A DNA stretch of 64,000 nucleotides from Raillietiella orientalis (taxonomy: Eukaryota). A program made the translations under genes and the position numbers. Below are positions 35,201 through 57,734 of the stretch, in pieces. Each line of letters opens with the position of its first letter. Position 1 is the stretch's first letter. The notes under the pieces are model-generated. The model was not told the origin of the DNA and made no database searches. It worked only from the letters and a program-made list of their open reading frames with translations. The DNA lies in contig JAYWIR010000016.1 of the NCBI GenBank assembly GCA_036172245.1, positions 744,001 through 808,000 of the forward strand, given 5' to 3'.

Positions 35201-37310
35201 GGTACAGTAGAGAAAAAGATCATTCATCAGCTATTTTTCAGTGCTTAGTTTGATGAAAATGTTCCTTTGGATGGACTAGAACGCATTGATGCTCTTTTTC
35301 GTTTTCTCTTTGCTTCTCAACTGAATAATGCCAAAGGGAACTGTATGCAGCTGCTTTCTGATTATGTCAGTCTCTTCACAAAAGCCAAAGATTGTGCCTT
35401 AATTGAAATTCAGAGAACGGAGTTTTTATTGCAGGTTGGTAAATGTGGAAAGTGGAAATATAACTTTATGAAGTGCAGGATCATCAACTTGCTCCAAAAG
35501 TGTTGCCGATTTTACAAGAAATGCAGGCCCATTGTGAAGCGATAGAAATGTATTTGAAAAAAATTAGGCGTCGTATGCAAGTAGATGAACACTGTCCAGT
35601 TAATTTGAGCACAGAACTTAGAGAGGAATTACAGAAAGATGCAGTCAGTAGCATACACTGCATTCAGAAACTTCAGGAAATGGGAAAAGCAGCATTGAAA
35701 ACTCGGATCAGCCCAGGTTAATACCATTTGGAAGTGCTAATTTTATCCAATAACAGGTGGAGAGGAAGAATTATTCAATGAAGTATTGACAATACTATGT
35801 GACAGTTTAATTCAAGCTGATTCTTCCGAAAATGATCTTGTTTCCCCGATGTATGCATTAAAGCACATGAGGCAGCATCTTGAGACTTTTTCAACAACGT
35901 TGCTTGAAGGACAATATGATTGTGCTGACCAAAATGTCCTAATAATGATGCAGGTTAGTAAGTAAAACAAAATCGTTTTCTCTAGTGGGTTTTTTTCTTT
36001 TTTTTTTATAGCACCCATTATATTTGAGGGCTGAGACAGTAAAAGATGAATTGAAACATTCAGAACAATTAAAACATAAATTGGAATTAAAGGACATGGA
36101 TATAATGGTAATTTAAATTATGCGATTGTGGTATAGTTGATCATTTGAATTTCAGGAATTAAAGAAATTGCTTCGTTTGAAGCAAGAAGAATTTAGCGAA
36201 GTAAATGTAAGAAGAGAAATGATTGAAAAACGTCTCTCGTCTTCTGTTAAAGATGCAGAGTTACAAGCTGAGAAATTTCAGGTAAATGTTGCAAGCTCTG
36301 TATCATTGGGAACATAGATCCTTAGAGAAAATTGGAAGATTTGCAATTGTTAATGAAACGTAAAGAAAAAGAGTCCGAAGATGCATTGGATCGCTTGCAA
36401 GCTGATATCAATGCTCTACAGATTGAAAAAAGTGAACTGAAAGAAAAATTCAAAACCATCTCCAAGAAAGCATTGCTAGAAGGATTGACCAAGTCATCCA
36501 ATTTGGGATCTCGTAAGCTGCATTGAGTGAATTTCGCATAACTGCTGTTGTTACGGGACTTCAGCTTGGATGAATTCTGCCACAGTTGATGGGAAGACCA
36601 AAGATTATGCTACGTTGTGTAAACAGCTGACAGACCTTAAGCTAGCATTGCAATATTTAAAGCATGAGAACTGGAAGTTGAAAGCACATAAAATCAAGAA
36701 ACAGATTGATACACTGAGGCCTTTAAACGTAAGTGCCTGCCAGTTATTTTGTTTCGTAATTATTTTATTAGATTTGCCCAAAAGTAGCATCTTTTGATGA
36801 AATCAATGCTGGAGAAAGAAAAGTTGCCACAACTCCTTCAGAAGATATGACCGAAATTACAAGACGATGCGCACTTATATTGAAGGTTCGTTAAATGTAG
36901 AGGATGTCGTTATTCTGTAAGACTTGCTTAGGAATTGAGGGGTATTGCAGCCTATCCACGATTAGTAGATTTAACAAAAGCACCTTCCCTTCAAATGTTA
37001 ATGCACAAGCAGAAATTAGAGTGCTTGCAAATACAAACTTCTGATTTACAAGTAGAAATGATGAAACTGTTTTCTCTTAAGCAAGGATTTCATTGTTCTG
37101 CCACATGGTGTCATTTTCCAGTTCCTCATCTTGCACAGGTATGTGTACACATGCATTGTGAGTGTGTGTTAATAGCCTCTGTCATAGGCACTCAATGAAA
37201 AATCAGAATGCATTGCATATTTGAGCCTGCCTGCTGAGAAATCCATCAGAGTTCCTGTTGTTGTTGACAAAATCAGTTTATCCAAGATCCATTCAAAAAT
37301 AATGTTTTAA
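29216..37310 (+). CDS. DCTN1: Dynactin subunit 1 (p150Glued), ~22 coding exons
   Basis: N-terminal CAP-Gly domain ([45 protein letters not shown]; exons 29216-29389 and 29440-~29564). Coiled-coil exons include [68 protein letters not shown] and [21 protein letters not shown]. The C-terminus is KIHSKIMF* at 37308-37310. Confidence 0.96.
33717..33806. repeat. Tandem repeat, 30-bp unit x ~3, intronic in DCTN1
   Basis: Unit ttaaatcagataagattaacatattttagt occurs exactly twice (33721-33780), followed by a diverged third copy. Confidence 0.9.
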
Positions 37311-37337
37311 ATTTTTTATTGAAACATGACATTTCTG

Positions 37338-46272
<8,935 letters not shown>

Positions 46273-46449
46273 ATGCCTGGATGGGGCATCGAAAATAAAA
46301 ATTCATCTCATTCTGCTTTCAGTGAAGTGATGATTTCGAATAATTTGTCAACGCATTTTCATTTTTCATATCTAAAGTTAAAATGAGACATGTACTCTAT
46401 AAAGAACCTTTACATTGTAAACATTATGCATTTGAGAGCTACACAAACT

Positions 46450-47400
46450 TTGCGAGGATATCAGATGTTAGCATACAACCGAATTCTCCTGGACTGCTTC
46501 CCCCATTATTTTATTAATATTCGAAAAAAAAACCGTAAGCACTTCAACCACGGTTTTACACTGTATGGTTTTTCGATCGTGAAATCCGGTTTCAAATAGG
46601 TACGAGGAAAGTGGGAAACATAAAGGATTCATTCGAGAGGAACATAAAGATTCATCAGACAGGCATATAAAGCACATTTGCAAATATTTTCACTTGCAAA
46701 TATTTGCAAATATTTCATATTTAACCTGCTTGCATGGGGAAAGAAGAAGAAAAAAAATGTTTGAAGTCACTTGTTTCACACACACAAAAAAAAATAACAT
46801 TATTGCCCGGCAACGATTACATACCCATCAATAAATGCATTTCTGACGATACAAATACAATAGTTGCACACTTTGATGTACATAAATGCAAATCAATAGA
46901 CACACACGAAACGCAAGATTTTAAAAATATGATGATAATTTGGGATCGGTACGATATAACTCCTTTGCAAACTTTCGACCCCGACCAAATGGTATGTTGC
47001 AAGTCGCATGATCTTCAAAACATTCTGACCTAAAAACGAATCGACAAATCCTTTCATTACGAAAAAGATGCAAACGACAGGGGAGGAGAGCTGGGAAAAA
47101 TCTTTGGGGAAAATGCAGATGAAGGTGGCGAGCGTGGCACCTGGGAAAAGCTGCCGGGACGACGTCTGAACCTTCCTTGAATCGACTGAGTGAAACGATA
47201 TCGTTTCCTGCTTCAGCAAGTATGAGAAACTCTCGTCAGCCAAGAAAACCTGCTTAGTTATCTTGATCCACTCTGATAGCAGCTTTTCACATACGCATCT
47301 AGTTTCAAAACACAGAGTGAATGTTGAAAATAATGCCGGTTATTCTCTTCTGATCACCCACGGTTATTCGATAATTGTAACAGATCCATACCACGTGCTT
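46450..47400. promoter_or_regulatory. Candidate CpG-retaining divergent promoter region for ARHGAP39 (-) and the ZC2HC1-like gene (+)
   Basis: CpG dinucleotides locally reappear within otherwise CpG-poor DNA, just 5' of the ARHGAP39 start exon and upstream of the oppositely oriented ZC2HC1-like gene. Inference only. Confidence 0.35.
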
Positions 47401-49149
47401 CTGCATATGCTTTTTGACACTACTGCTATTACTATTGTTCAGATTCGATTTAGTTATTGAATATCAACTGCTTTACCCATTAGGGAGAACAAGATTCGTT
47501 GAATCCCTGTGACATGTTACCTGAGATCAAAGAACAAACGAGTTTAGAATATGCATGGTTATTTGAATTTCTTTTTACATTTCACTGCCAAAACAACTTG
47601 TGTTTTGCACTTCGTTTATGGGGAATAGCAACTTTATCTTTTGCATACTAGTCATCCAGAAAATGATATTCCTATAAGCAATAGCAGCGACTGCTTTGTG
47701 AGTTAGTTCTGCTGTGATATTAGCTTCCTCAATCTTCACTGCCTGCAGTTAAAATTTCATACTCACTAAGCCTTTTGAAAACGATAACTTTGAAATTATC
47801 AGTGATGGATACTTAGTAACCTCTACAATTTTTAATTCCCCTAAATAATTTTTTTGTAAGTTTAACTCGTAATCGCTAATCCTATCCTATCGCTATCCTT
47901 GGCTGAAATTCTTACAGATGATAAAATGCAAGCACATTCTTGCAGCGTCCGGTACTTGGAGTTACTTGAAGCTGTCATTGGTTACCGTTGTCTGCACTCA
48001 ACTAAACTATTAAAAAAGGGTTAATAATAGTTACTAGTGTGTGCAATACATGCACTCTCTGCATGTCTCAGGCGATTGTATTATAAAAGAGGTACAAAGA
48101 CTCATCTACTTGCAGTATAAGGATTAATCTTTTCACACAACACCTTGTTTTGCAAAAGTTGAACTTTGCTTAACAAATCAGCCCCTCGTAAAAATGGCTA
48201 TGTACTTCCAAATCTTGTTTGCAGCAGATACTGAATCATAGAATATAGCATGTTCACTAGCTGGCATACTTCTGAACTAATGGAAAGATAAAAGGTATTG
48301 CGTCACTTGATTCATCAGACCGTATGAGGGAAACTTCGAAGCTGTAAAAAGGAAATAAAAAGTATATGGAAACATGCACATATTGAAGGAAACGAGAAAA
48401 GTTGGGATTTATCGGTTGATGAAGACAACCACAAAGGCATATGGAAAAAAAAAAAGACAACTTCAAGTAACCTAAAGAAAAGAGAAAGATGTCTATATTA
48501 AAACAAAAATAATAAATAACGAAAGAATAAATCCCATATATTATATTCCATCCCAGAGGAAAGGAAAAGTAACTAAAAGGACACATTTCAATTGACTGGT
48601 TTAAGAAATTCTGCATCTTAAAGCATTGTTTTTTTCTTTGTATCCTTAATCACAAAGTAAGGCGTTGGAAGCTTGCATTCATATTCTCTATCAGTAGAAA
48701 TATGGAGAGCATTTTCTTTCAGCTATCCCTGGTGTAAAGCATATCTCGGAAATGATCTTACATACATGTAATGCAAGATTTAATAATCCTCTGATTTTCT
48801 TCTGTCAAGGGTTTAATCACTCAGTAAAAACAAACTAAGTTTATCATTTGTTTGGTTTCTAATTGAAGTATTGATCTTGCCAAGCTGCAGGATTTCCACT
48901 GATATAAAAATACTGCTTATTCTAAAAAGCTTCCTAACTACTATAATCATAGTCAGCCGTCCGTTCTACGTATTTTCACATTGTCTGCAACATCTACATC
49001 CTGTCTGTTGTAAACTTTATTTCCTGAGAGCTTTTAAATATGTGCGAGTTTTCAATCAGTTTTGCTTAATATCTCTTTTTCGAAAAAGTCAATCATATAT
49101 TTGCCCATAATTTCCAGAGATTTTTCTATTACACCAGAAAGGTATGAAA

Positions 49150-50330
49150 AGTTTACAAGGTGCAAAAGCTTTGTACTTTCAAATATATCATGTTCGGATT
49201 CTCGCTAACAAAGATCTGAGGAAGTTGCAAAACGCATGTACCCAATTGTTCAATAACATTGCAAAGTTTTTGAGCATGAGTTCCGATTTCTCAGGTTATT
49301 GCATACAGACCGCTCTAATTGCATATGTGCCAAAATACTCTTCGTAGTTATTTGAAGCTGTTTTATAATACTTTGAGGTTTCGTAGAATTCCATCAGACA
49401 TCTCATCATATGCCTTGATGGTCTTCAAGTCTATTTTCAGCTTTTATAGAGCAGTCTTGCCATAAATACCATTTCCATCAGCAGCAGTAACGGAATAAAA
49501 GCTGTATAACCTATTTTCTCGAGTGTCAATTACTCCTTGGAAATGTTATCCACTATCTTTTTCTTGTAGTTCTGATGTTTCCTGTTAAACAAGTTTGTCA
49601 TCAAATCGGGTGTCTTCATTTGTGCAACTTTCACAGCATCATTGTTCCCCTAACTACTTTTTGAAATTTTAGTTTATAGCTGCTATCGTGTATGTTTCAT
49701 AGAAATTGGGTATATTTCACAATGATTACTCTTACATTCTGAAGATCATGAAATGAATTCGCTGTTAAATGACATTTCTCAGAAAGTTCATTTTATGATG
49801 GCCGCTGGGAACACTTTTTATTTTGTAGGCTGCAAAGAAATCGAAACACAAAAATTATTAATCATATCGTCACGATAATGTTCATGATATTATTGATATG
49901 ATTTCCTATCTTACCAAATTATTTCATGCATATTATCGAAACATTCATCAGTTTTAATCTTTATTTGATGTTATTGTATTCGTGGTAAAGTATTGAAGTA
50001 TCCAGTACAGCTACATCAAGCTTCTTATCTCTGGTATCTAAGTTTCGAGTTTTGAATTTCTGTATGCTTTTTTGGATCAGATCATTCAAGCAGTGGAAAG
50101 TTTAGTTTGTATGAAGAACTACTAACTTGTGTTCCATCAGGTGGTCTCCACCATATCCAAGAGAGGATTTCAAACATATTACTGCAAAACATAATTTGGT
50201 ATCATCCAATTCCTATATATTCCCTGTATCTAGTTCTTTTCACATAATATGGAGTATTCTGGATGCATATCAAAAGCTGATGGCAACAGTTTGCTTTGCC
50301 GATGATATTCACCGTTTCAGATCCTGAAGA
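49150..50330 (+). mobile_element. Heavily decayed, AT-rich LINE reverse-transcriptase relic
   Basis: Colinear remnants: TQLFNNI...TALIAYVPK, IRHLII (cf. RPISLL), TCVPSGG (cf. GVPQG) and VCFADDI (YADD box, ~50290-50310). Confidence 0.4.
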
Positions 50331-51059
50331 CTTCTCAAGTATGATGAATTCTCAAACACATTTGGTATCTTCTGGTTTACGAAAACAAAAGGCATCTCAT
50401 TACAAGACTTCATTAGCACTCATATTGGCACAATTTAGTTTGAGTAATTGAAAGGGTATCCGCTTGTCAAGCAATCTATACCTATGAATTGTTGAGAAAA
50501 AAAAATTTTTTCTTTTTAAAGTGTTATGACGAACTTGTCAGAGTATGCGTGTGAAGCTCTGTCATTGCCAAGATCTGACCCAGAAACAAAGATGTGGGGT
50601 GGAAATAAAGTAGAGTACTTGACTTCAGTTTTCTCGAATACGTTTTGGGACTTGGGCAAAAGCTCACTTGGACAGGATTAGGTGTAAAAGAACAGAACTG
50701 AAAACAGGATCTAAAAAGCATCGCATTCCTCTGTGAATACCTGCATACTTGTGTTTTTCCATATCTTATCTGTATATGCGAATTTCATATAATTTAAATC
50801 AAAATTTGTATATTCAAATATTCTATCTTTCAATCGCAGCAGAAACTCCTTGGGCGCATAGATTCAATTCATAAGCACATCACAACTCATCTGAATATAT
50901 CTCATTCCAGGGTATCATTATAAACACAAAATATAGCAGGCAATCCATGTGATTAGATAAGGATTAATGCATCATGTTCCTTAATATTTCCCGATTATTG
51001 TGTTTCAATTAAATTATATGAGATGTTTCCACAAAAGTACATCTGCAAATTCATTCTGA

Positions 51060-51720
51060 TAAATTTCAGTGCGCCCCTCTTCCTCCTACTGGGGTGGATT
51101 CGATTTGCCAGCCTTTCCCCACGGTACATTTCACCTTCATTTTCTGAAAGTGCACCCCTTTTGAGCTGAATTCTCCAGAATTTCGGGGGGTGGCCCCGTG
51201 GCCATCGGTCTTGCAAAGGATTTGAGTTCGGTGATCGGCTTAATCTGAAAGTGGGGGAGCTCATCAGATTGTTTTGCCAACGGGGCCGAGGCCCCCCAGG
51301 GGGGTGCTGCCTTCGTTCCACTCACACCGCAACATTTCCATCCAGGAGCCCGGGTGGTCTTCGTGTCACATCACTCAAGTTGGTCATCATCACCACCTCG
51401 CGGGTGCAAAAAATGTTGGGCTGTAATTTATTGCGCAACCATCGAAGATTGTGTGACTGCCACCACCTACGTGCTGCTTGGCCCTCACATGTCTGATTGT
51501 GGTGGCATTTCATGGAATGTGTGCAGAGTTTCAAGTTGTGAACACACAGTACTGATAACGTATCGAAAAATTTGGCAGAAGTTCGGACTGTCCTTATAAT
51601 TGCCTGGTCTGTGTGACGAGCACCATGTTGTACACTGAATGCTGCCTGAACTTTTATGTGTGGCTGTGATGCTTTAAGCATTTCCTGGTCATGTTGAGTG
51701 GTAGATCATTCATGCTTGCA
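51060..51720 (-). mobile_element. Decayed LINE 3' fragment (Cys/His domain plus GC-rich structured 3' UTR)
   Basis: AIIRTVRTSAKFFDTLSVLCVHNLKLCTHSMKCHHNQTCEGQAARRWW resembles a degraded zf-RVT domain. It is followed on the minus strand by a GC-rich, self-complementary segment. Confidence 0.4.
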
Positions 51721-52041
51721 GGTATGTGCAGAGGTTATGTGCTAGCATGCAATAAGCCTGTTTGGAAGCTGAATGTTGGAAGAAAGGAACCTGCTTGTGT
51801 TTTCTGATCAATAGAACAGGAAACTTATTTCATTCTTTCATTCGTAAATGAGTGAGTTCCAAATCTTATGCAGACTCGAACTGTAATTGACATTAAGGTA
51901 TTTGCAGCTGCATGCTACCCTATTAGTAAACTATGCAATTAATATTCTCTGTGTAACACGGAAACAGCACAGGAAATGATTTGAGAAAGCATAAACCAGT
52001 GGAAGAGGGAAGTATTATTTGAAAGGAATTATTGTGTATAA

Positions 52042-55000
52042 ATGGATCGGAGTCAACTGCATACTGTGCCATTCGATACAGTAGATTATCGAAACACGGG
52101 TAATCAACCTGTAAAATCACAAGATTGGTTGAACTCGAAGAGTATCAATGGTGAATCATCTAAGCTTCTATCAGAGGAGGAAACGAAGTATCCTATTTTA
52201 ATAGCCTGTTTCGTTTGTGGCAGAACTTTTAATCCAAGTTCTCTGGAGAGGCATGTAAAAATTTGTCAAAAACTTGCAGCAAAACAGAGAAAAATATTCG
52301 ATTCCTCCAAACAGCGACTTGAAGGAATAGAAATTCTAATCGAAACTTCTCGAAGAAATTCTCCTGTAAGTCCCCCAAAAGATAAGAATGTTCTCGGCAG
52401 TTATCAAAATTCCCATTCTATTAAAGGTATCTATTCTCATTGTATCGTATATATGTTAAATGATTATTTTTTTGTGTATATATGTTCCCGGAATGCATGC
52501 TAGTATTTCGTTGCTTATTGTAATGGCCAAAGTGCTGACCAATAATTTCTTACTAATTCTTTACCTTTTATTCTTCATTACGTAGAGTGTGATTAATGTT
52601 TAAGTAAAACCCCTTCCATCCGACATGCTTAATTTGAGTGTGTTTTAATGACATTTGGAGTCAGGGTTATGAATACTCATAAAGGTTTTTCCTTTGATAA
52701 GTACAAAGTGCAGCCAAAAAGGTACATGAAATGAGTAAGTGATATAAGGAATGAGCAATTCAAACTTAATGAAAAGTATGTCTGAGGTATGATGCTTTTT
52801 TCAGTGAAAGCATTACAAGAAAAAAACAAACGTTGGAACAGTGAATTTCTTTTTGTTTACATTATTTCTGGTTGTACATGCATTGCACAGAGAGTAGGTT
52901 TTGAGATTTTCGAAATGGAAGCAAATGCTTTTTGCATCCATTTATGATGCATCATTTGTTTGTTTGAGCTTCATTATTTCTAGATACACTCTGACCTCAT
53001 GGAAATGTTTATCTATTCATAAGTTGGTTTACTGCTGACTTTTGCCTACTAGCGTATTTCATCAGATCTTAAAGGAACTGTTCGTTGTTATTTCTTCCAA
53101 TGTGTTTCGTACAAAATGTGACTTCGAGGATTATTGTATGATGAATTTTTCTAGGGTTTCCAAGATCTAGTTGCAGTTCTGCTTTTCAATAGTAATAATA
53201 ATTGTGGAATTTTTTTTTTTCAGTGAAGTTGAATAATGTTGTTTATGTTTATTTATTATGTGTGCTTTATGTTTCACTCTATGCCCTTTTATTGACAGTG
53301 GAGTTTTTTTGTTTGAAAGTAATGTGTAACTGACCACAGTGCAAATTTACTTCCAAAATGCCAACAGCTTGTGCTTTGAAATTACAATTTGATAGCAGTC
53401 CATGTTTTTTTCATTTTCAAAAGTTTATAACTAAAGCAGGAAAAAGGACATTCTTCATTTGCTAATTTTATTTATTGAGTTTTATTTTAATGTTATATGT
53501 AACTTCTAAGCAACAAAAGTATTATTAGCAAATGTGTTTTCAGTAATAAGCAAGTTGTCACCATTATTATTTCCTTTTGTGTGTCATTCTTATGTGGAAA
53601 GGTAAAAATTCGTACAAATCTTTTGAACTCTTAAGACTGATTCTAAGATTAATGCTTGTTTTTGTATGAGAAGATGTACAAACTTGACTTTTTATGTCAA
53701 GGAAATAAAGGTGGTATTAAACTGATTTTTATAGGTATGGCTGATGCTCAAATTGTAGGGCATGTACCAGTTCTGTTCGCCAAAAAATGTTATCCTGCTA
53801 TGTTTTTGCAACAATATCATGGAATCTCTCAGTCAGGCTACTTGATTGCCATTCCTCAATTACCACAAACAATTGAAGATCTGAATCAGCTGCTATCCGC
53901 TGTTCAGTGAACCATGTACTGAAGTTGATAACTGATATTTGTAGAGTAACTTGAGGTGTGCATAACAAATTTTTGTAGGGGCTACAAATTTTTCAACCAG
54001 AGTGCAGTGTTATCTTATGTTGCATGTTATTTGCATGTAAACCATGTCCCATTAAAAGATTATTTAGGCATATTTTGAGTATCTTGGATTATTATATTAT
54101 CTGTCTGCATTATTATAAATGATTTGAGGACACAATCTGACTGACTGTGTAAGAAAAGTAGCCACAAAGGAACCCACACAAACTTTTAGCAAAAGAGATT
54201 TTCGTATGTTGGTTTATAATGCTGGAGAAAATGTCAAAGTAAAGCTTTTAAATAAAATTGTGGAATGAATTGTATTTATTGTTTAGTCATTATTTAAACA
54301 TTCGTTAAATTATGTAAGCATACATAGAGATAAGTATGTTTTGAGTTATTTTGTGTAAGGAGGATGTGATTGGTGGTGTATGTAAAAGCGCCCAACTATT
54401 AGTGAATTTCTATACTCTATATTAATATTTAACATTAGTTAACACGCACTCTTTTCTGTAAAGTGAATTATTTCGAGTTTTCGGTATTCTTGGTTTTGGC
54501 TAATGCAAGGTTTAAAGATTTTGCAAATTGTGATAATACTGATTCATACTTTTCTGCTTAGGTGAATGTGCACTAAGAATGTATTCCAAGTATGTTCAAT
54601 GCCCACATTGTTATAGAAAATTCGGATTTAAGGCTGCAGATCGTCATATCAAGTGGTGTGAATCACATAAACTCCAGGAAGCATTTTCTCCTAACTGTAC
54701 TTCAGATATAGCCAAAGAAAGATTGCAAGCCAGAATAAAAGTTAGAATTTGCATACACTGTATTTTATGTTTAATTCAGTGTTTTACGTTTTGCAAAAAG
54801 TGTTACATTTACTTCACTTCAATACAATTTTCTGGTGGAATTTGCAGACGTATTCTTGAGAAATAATTCAATGGAAACCTTAAAAAAAAGCTGTTTGTTT
54901 AGAACTCTTAACTTTTATGTTCAGTGTCAGTAGATGCACGTAATCTTGTATTCAGTTGTATTTAGAGAGAATGTTTTGGAATCTATTGTGATGCGTAATT

Positions 55001-57129
55001 GTTTTTATTTTTTTATATTATAATGTGATTAATGCATAGTCTAATCATATGCATGGTACCAGTTTAAGGTCATTTGCCCTCATACAAAGATGAGAATGAG
55101 TTTATCTTTATTCAGCAAGCCTTAAAAGATTTTTTTCAACATTATTTGTTGCTGAAATCATTTGTTTGTTTGAAAAGTTACAAGTTTTATCCTTTGCCTT
55201 TAATGATGCAAGTTGGACTTGGATTTCATTGTATCTGTGTTAGGAACAACATTCTCAATTTACAATTCCTTTTGGAATTTTGCTCATACGGCAGGAACCA
55301 TATTTACTGTTTCTTGCAACAAACCCTGCACATGCATATGGTTGTACTTAGCATTTGTCATCAGTAAAAAAACTATTTTATAAAATCTTGTCCATGTTCT
55401 GAGAAAAATATACTTTACCATGATTTGTAAAGTTTTGATTATATTTCAGTATAAGGCGCCTTTACCTATTCCATCAAAAAGGCAGAGTAATAAATTAAAA
55501 TATTCACCTGCTTTCAGAAAGCACAGATCATTGTCTGGTTCTTTTGACAGATATTCAGATTATCTGGGTCAACCCATTGCTGAACGAAAAGGTATTTGCT
55601 TATTTAATGTTACTAAATCCGATAATTCACTAATCATGCCGTTAAAAATAACAGTAACAATAAATGTTGAAGGTTAATAAGTTTTCAAGGTGTAAACGTT
55701 CTCTTTGTGACAAGTTGTTTTCGTGATGTGCTTTTCTTTCAAGATGACCATGATCCCTTTCTAACTTCAGGAACTAGTCTTTCATCGTCAAATACAAGTT
55801 TAAGCCGCAGTTTTTCTTTGCAAGAACCAATGCATCAATCCATACATCCTAAAAGCATCAGAAGATCCTCATGTATTTCTCCAAACAGTAAATCACATGA
55901 AAGATTGGATGAAGATTTGAATGTAATATGTAGATCTGACTATTCATTGAGTCCTGACATCCTAGACAAAGAGCTAAAGTATCAGGATAACAAGAGGTAA
56001 AGTTGAATGATTTGTCTGCTTTTATTATATTGTGAAGCATCTGCGTACTTATTGCATAACTAAAAAGTCTGGAAGGTGCAGTCAATCTGTCAAATCATTG
56101 TGTCAGCACGATCATCCTGCCATTTTCTTTCAGCATAAGTAAAAATAAGTAAAATACGTAAATTACAGCATTCTGTTCCATTCATTTTGCAAAACTGATG
56201 TTTTTGTATCACTTTTAAAAGCGTTCATTATCAGTGCTTTCTTTGTGATATCTTTAAGAATTTGTGCTCATGGAAATGAAAAGTTTTTTTAATTTCTTAA
56301 ACAAGAATTTGATGTGCTGCGATAATTAACATATTATCGTATTTGGAAATTTGAGGTGATATATTGAAGTTCCTAGGAAATTGTATTCTATGAACTGAGA
56401 CCAGGGGTTGATGGAATGTTGATGAATGGAATGATGTGCTGACCAGTGGATGATGTTGATCAGTTATTATTTAGTCTGTTGTTCAGTGACTTATTCCTAG
56501 ATGTTAAAGCCTGAGAGCATAAAATACAAATGAAGCAATATGTAACCATTCTTCTTTGCAATTTAATTATGGACTGATTAGCATTTTTTTTTTAAATAAA
56601 AAAAGCATTCCAATTGTATATTTTATCTTGCAGCAAATCCTTAGGAAAGGGTGTTCCGTTTTTGCGATCACGAAAAAAGATGCCAGATTATATGAAATCT
56701 GATTCATTGGAAACGAAATATTCTAAGAAACCATCTCTAAACTTGAAGTCCCTTTCAATCTCAGATCCTTTATATGGCATTGATCCCATATTTACTGCCT
56801 ATCTCATTTCTCCAGATGCATGTAAGCAAAAGCCTTCGTACTGGTTTCATTCTGAAATTTCTTACAATGATGTTAATTCCAATTTGAAGAACCATCTTTC
56901 GGATGCTTCTAGAGTTGACAGGAATTTCAGCAGATCAAGGCAAGAGTAACATTTAATGTATATATATGTAATTGCTTTATTTAGATCAGTTAATTCAAGT
57001 TCTGTTGACACAGTAAAACCAGATCTTTTATTACACTCGGATGTATGCCATAAGTGTGGATATCCATATCCTGTTGGTTTGGCCAAATACTGCTGTGCAT
57101 GTGGCGTCCAGAGAATAACTGTGAAATGA
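52042..57129 (+). CDS. ZC2HC1A: Zinc finger C2HC domain-containing protein (ZC2HC1A-like), ~6 coding exons
   Basis: Exon 52042-~52426: CFVCGRTFNPSSLERHVKICQKLAAKQRKIFDSSKQRLEG. Exon ~54562-54740: YVQCPHCYRKFGFKAADRHIKWC. Then YKAPLP (55450) and terminal exon 56985-57129: CHKCGYPYPVGLAKYCCACGVQRITVK*, a double zinc ribbon typical of ZC2HC1A. Confidence 0.88.
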
Positions 57130-57734
57130 ATGCAGTCATTCCACATACAAATATCTATCTTATCATTAATTTCTGCTATTTATGACTATTCACACACCAT
57201 AACTTGCTGTTGAAATAGCACACATAGCATATTTAAAAGATTCTAGTCATTCTATTTACTTTAGATGTCCCTAAAAGATTTTATATTTTCTGGTATATTA
57301 ATAAATTCTAATCTCTTACTAATGCTTCAGATTCACATGTTCAATAAAATTGTTTATTTGACAAATTTGATATAAATTCTTCATTAAACTGTTATGAAAT
57401 TTAACTGTGGTTTATAAATTTATTGATCCATTAATTGAACCAGTTTGAGGTTTACTACTTGAAAACCAAATATAAAACTTCAATTAATAAAATTAAAATT
57501 ATATAACTGTTTTTCTTTTTTATTCTATTCAAATATTAATATAGTCAGCTTTTATGATATCAAAAATAATGTCAATGCTCTCTTATTGAATGAGTATTTT
57601 GCTTTTCAGAGTTTTCCGAAGACCAACAATCAGTACTTTTGGTTAGTTTAAATCAGAATGTTTTCTATGAAAATATATTAATATTATCCTAAGTTTATCA
57701 TCATCCTGTTGCCAATGATCCAATTTTTTCTATA

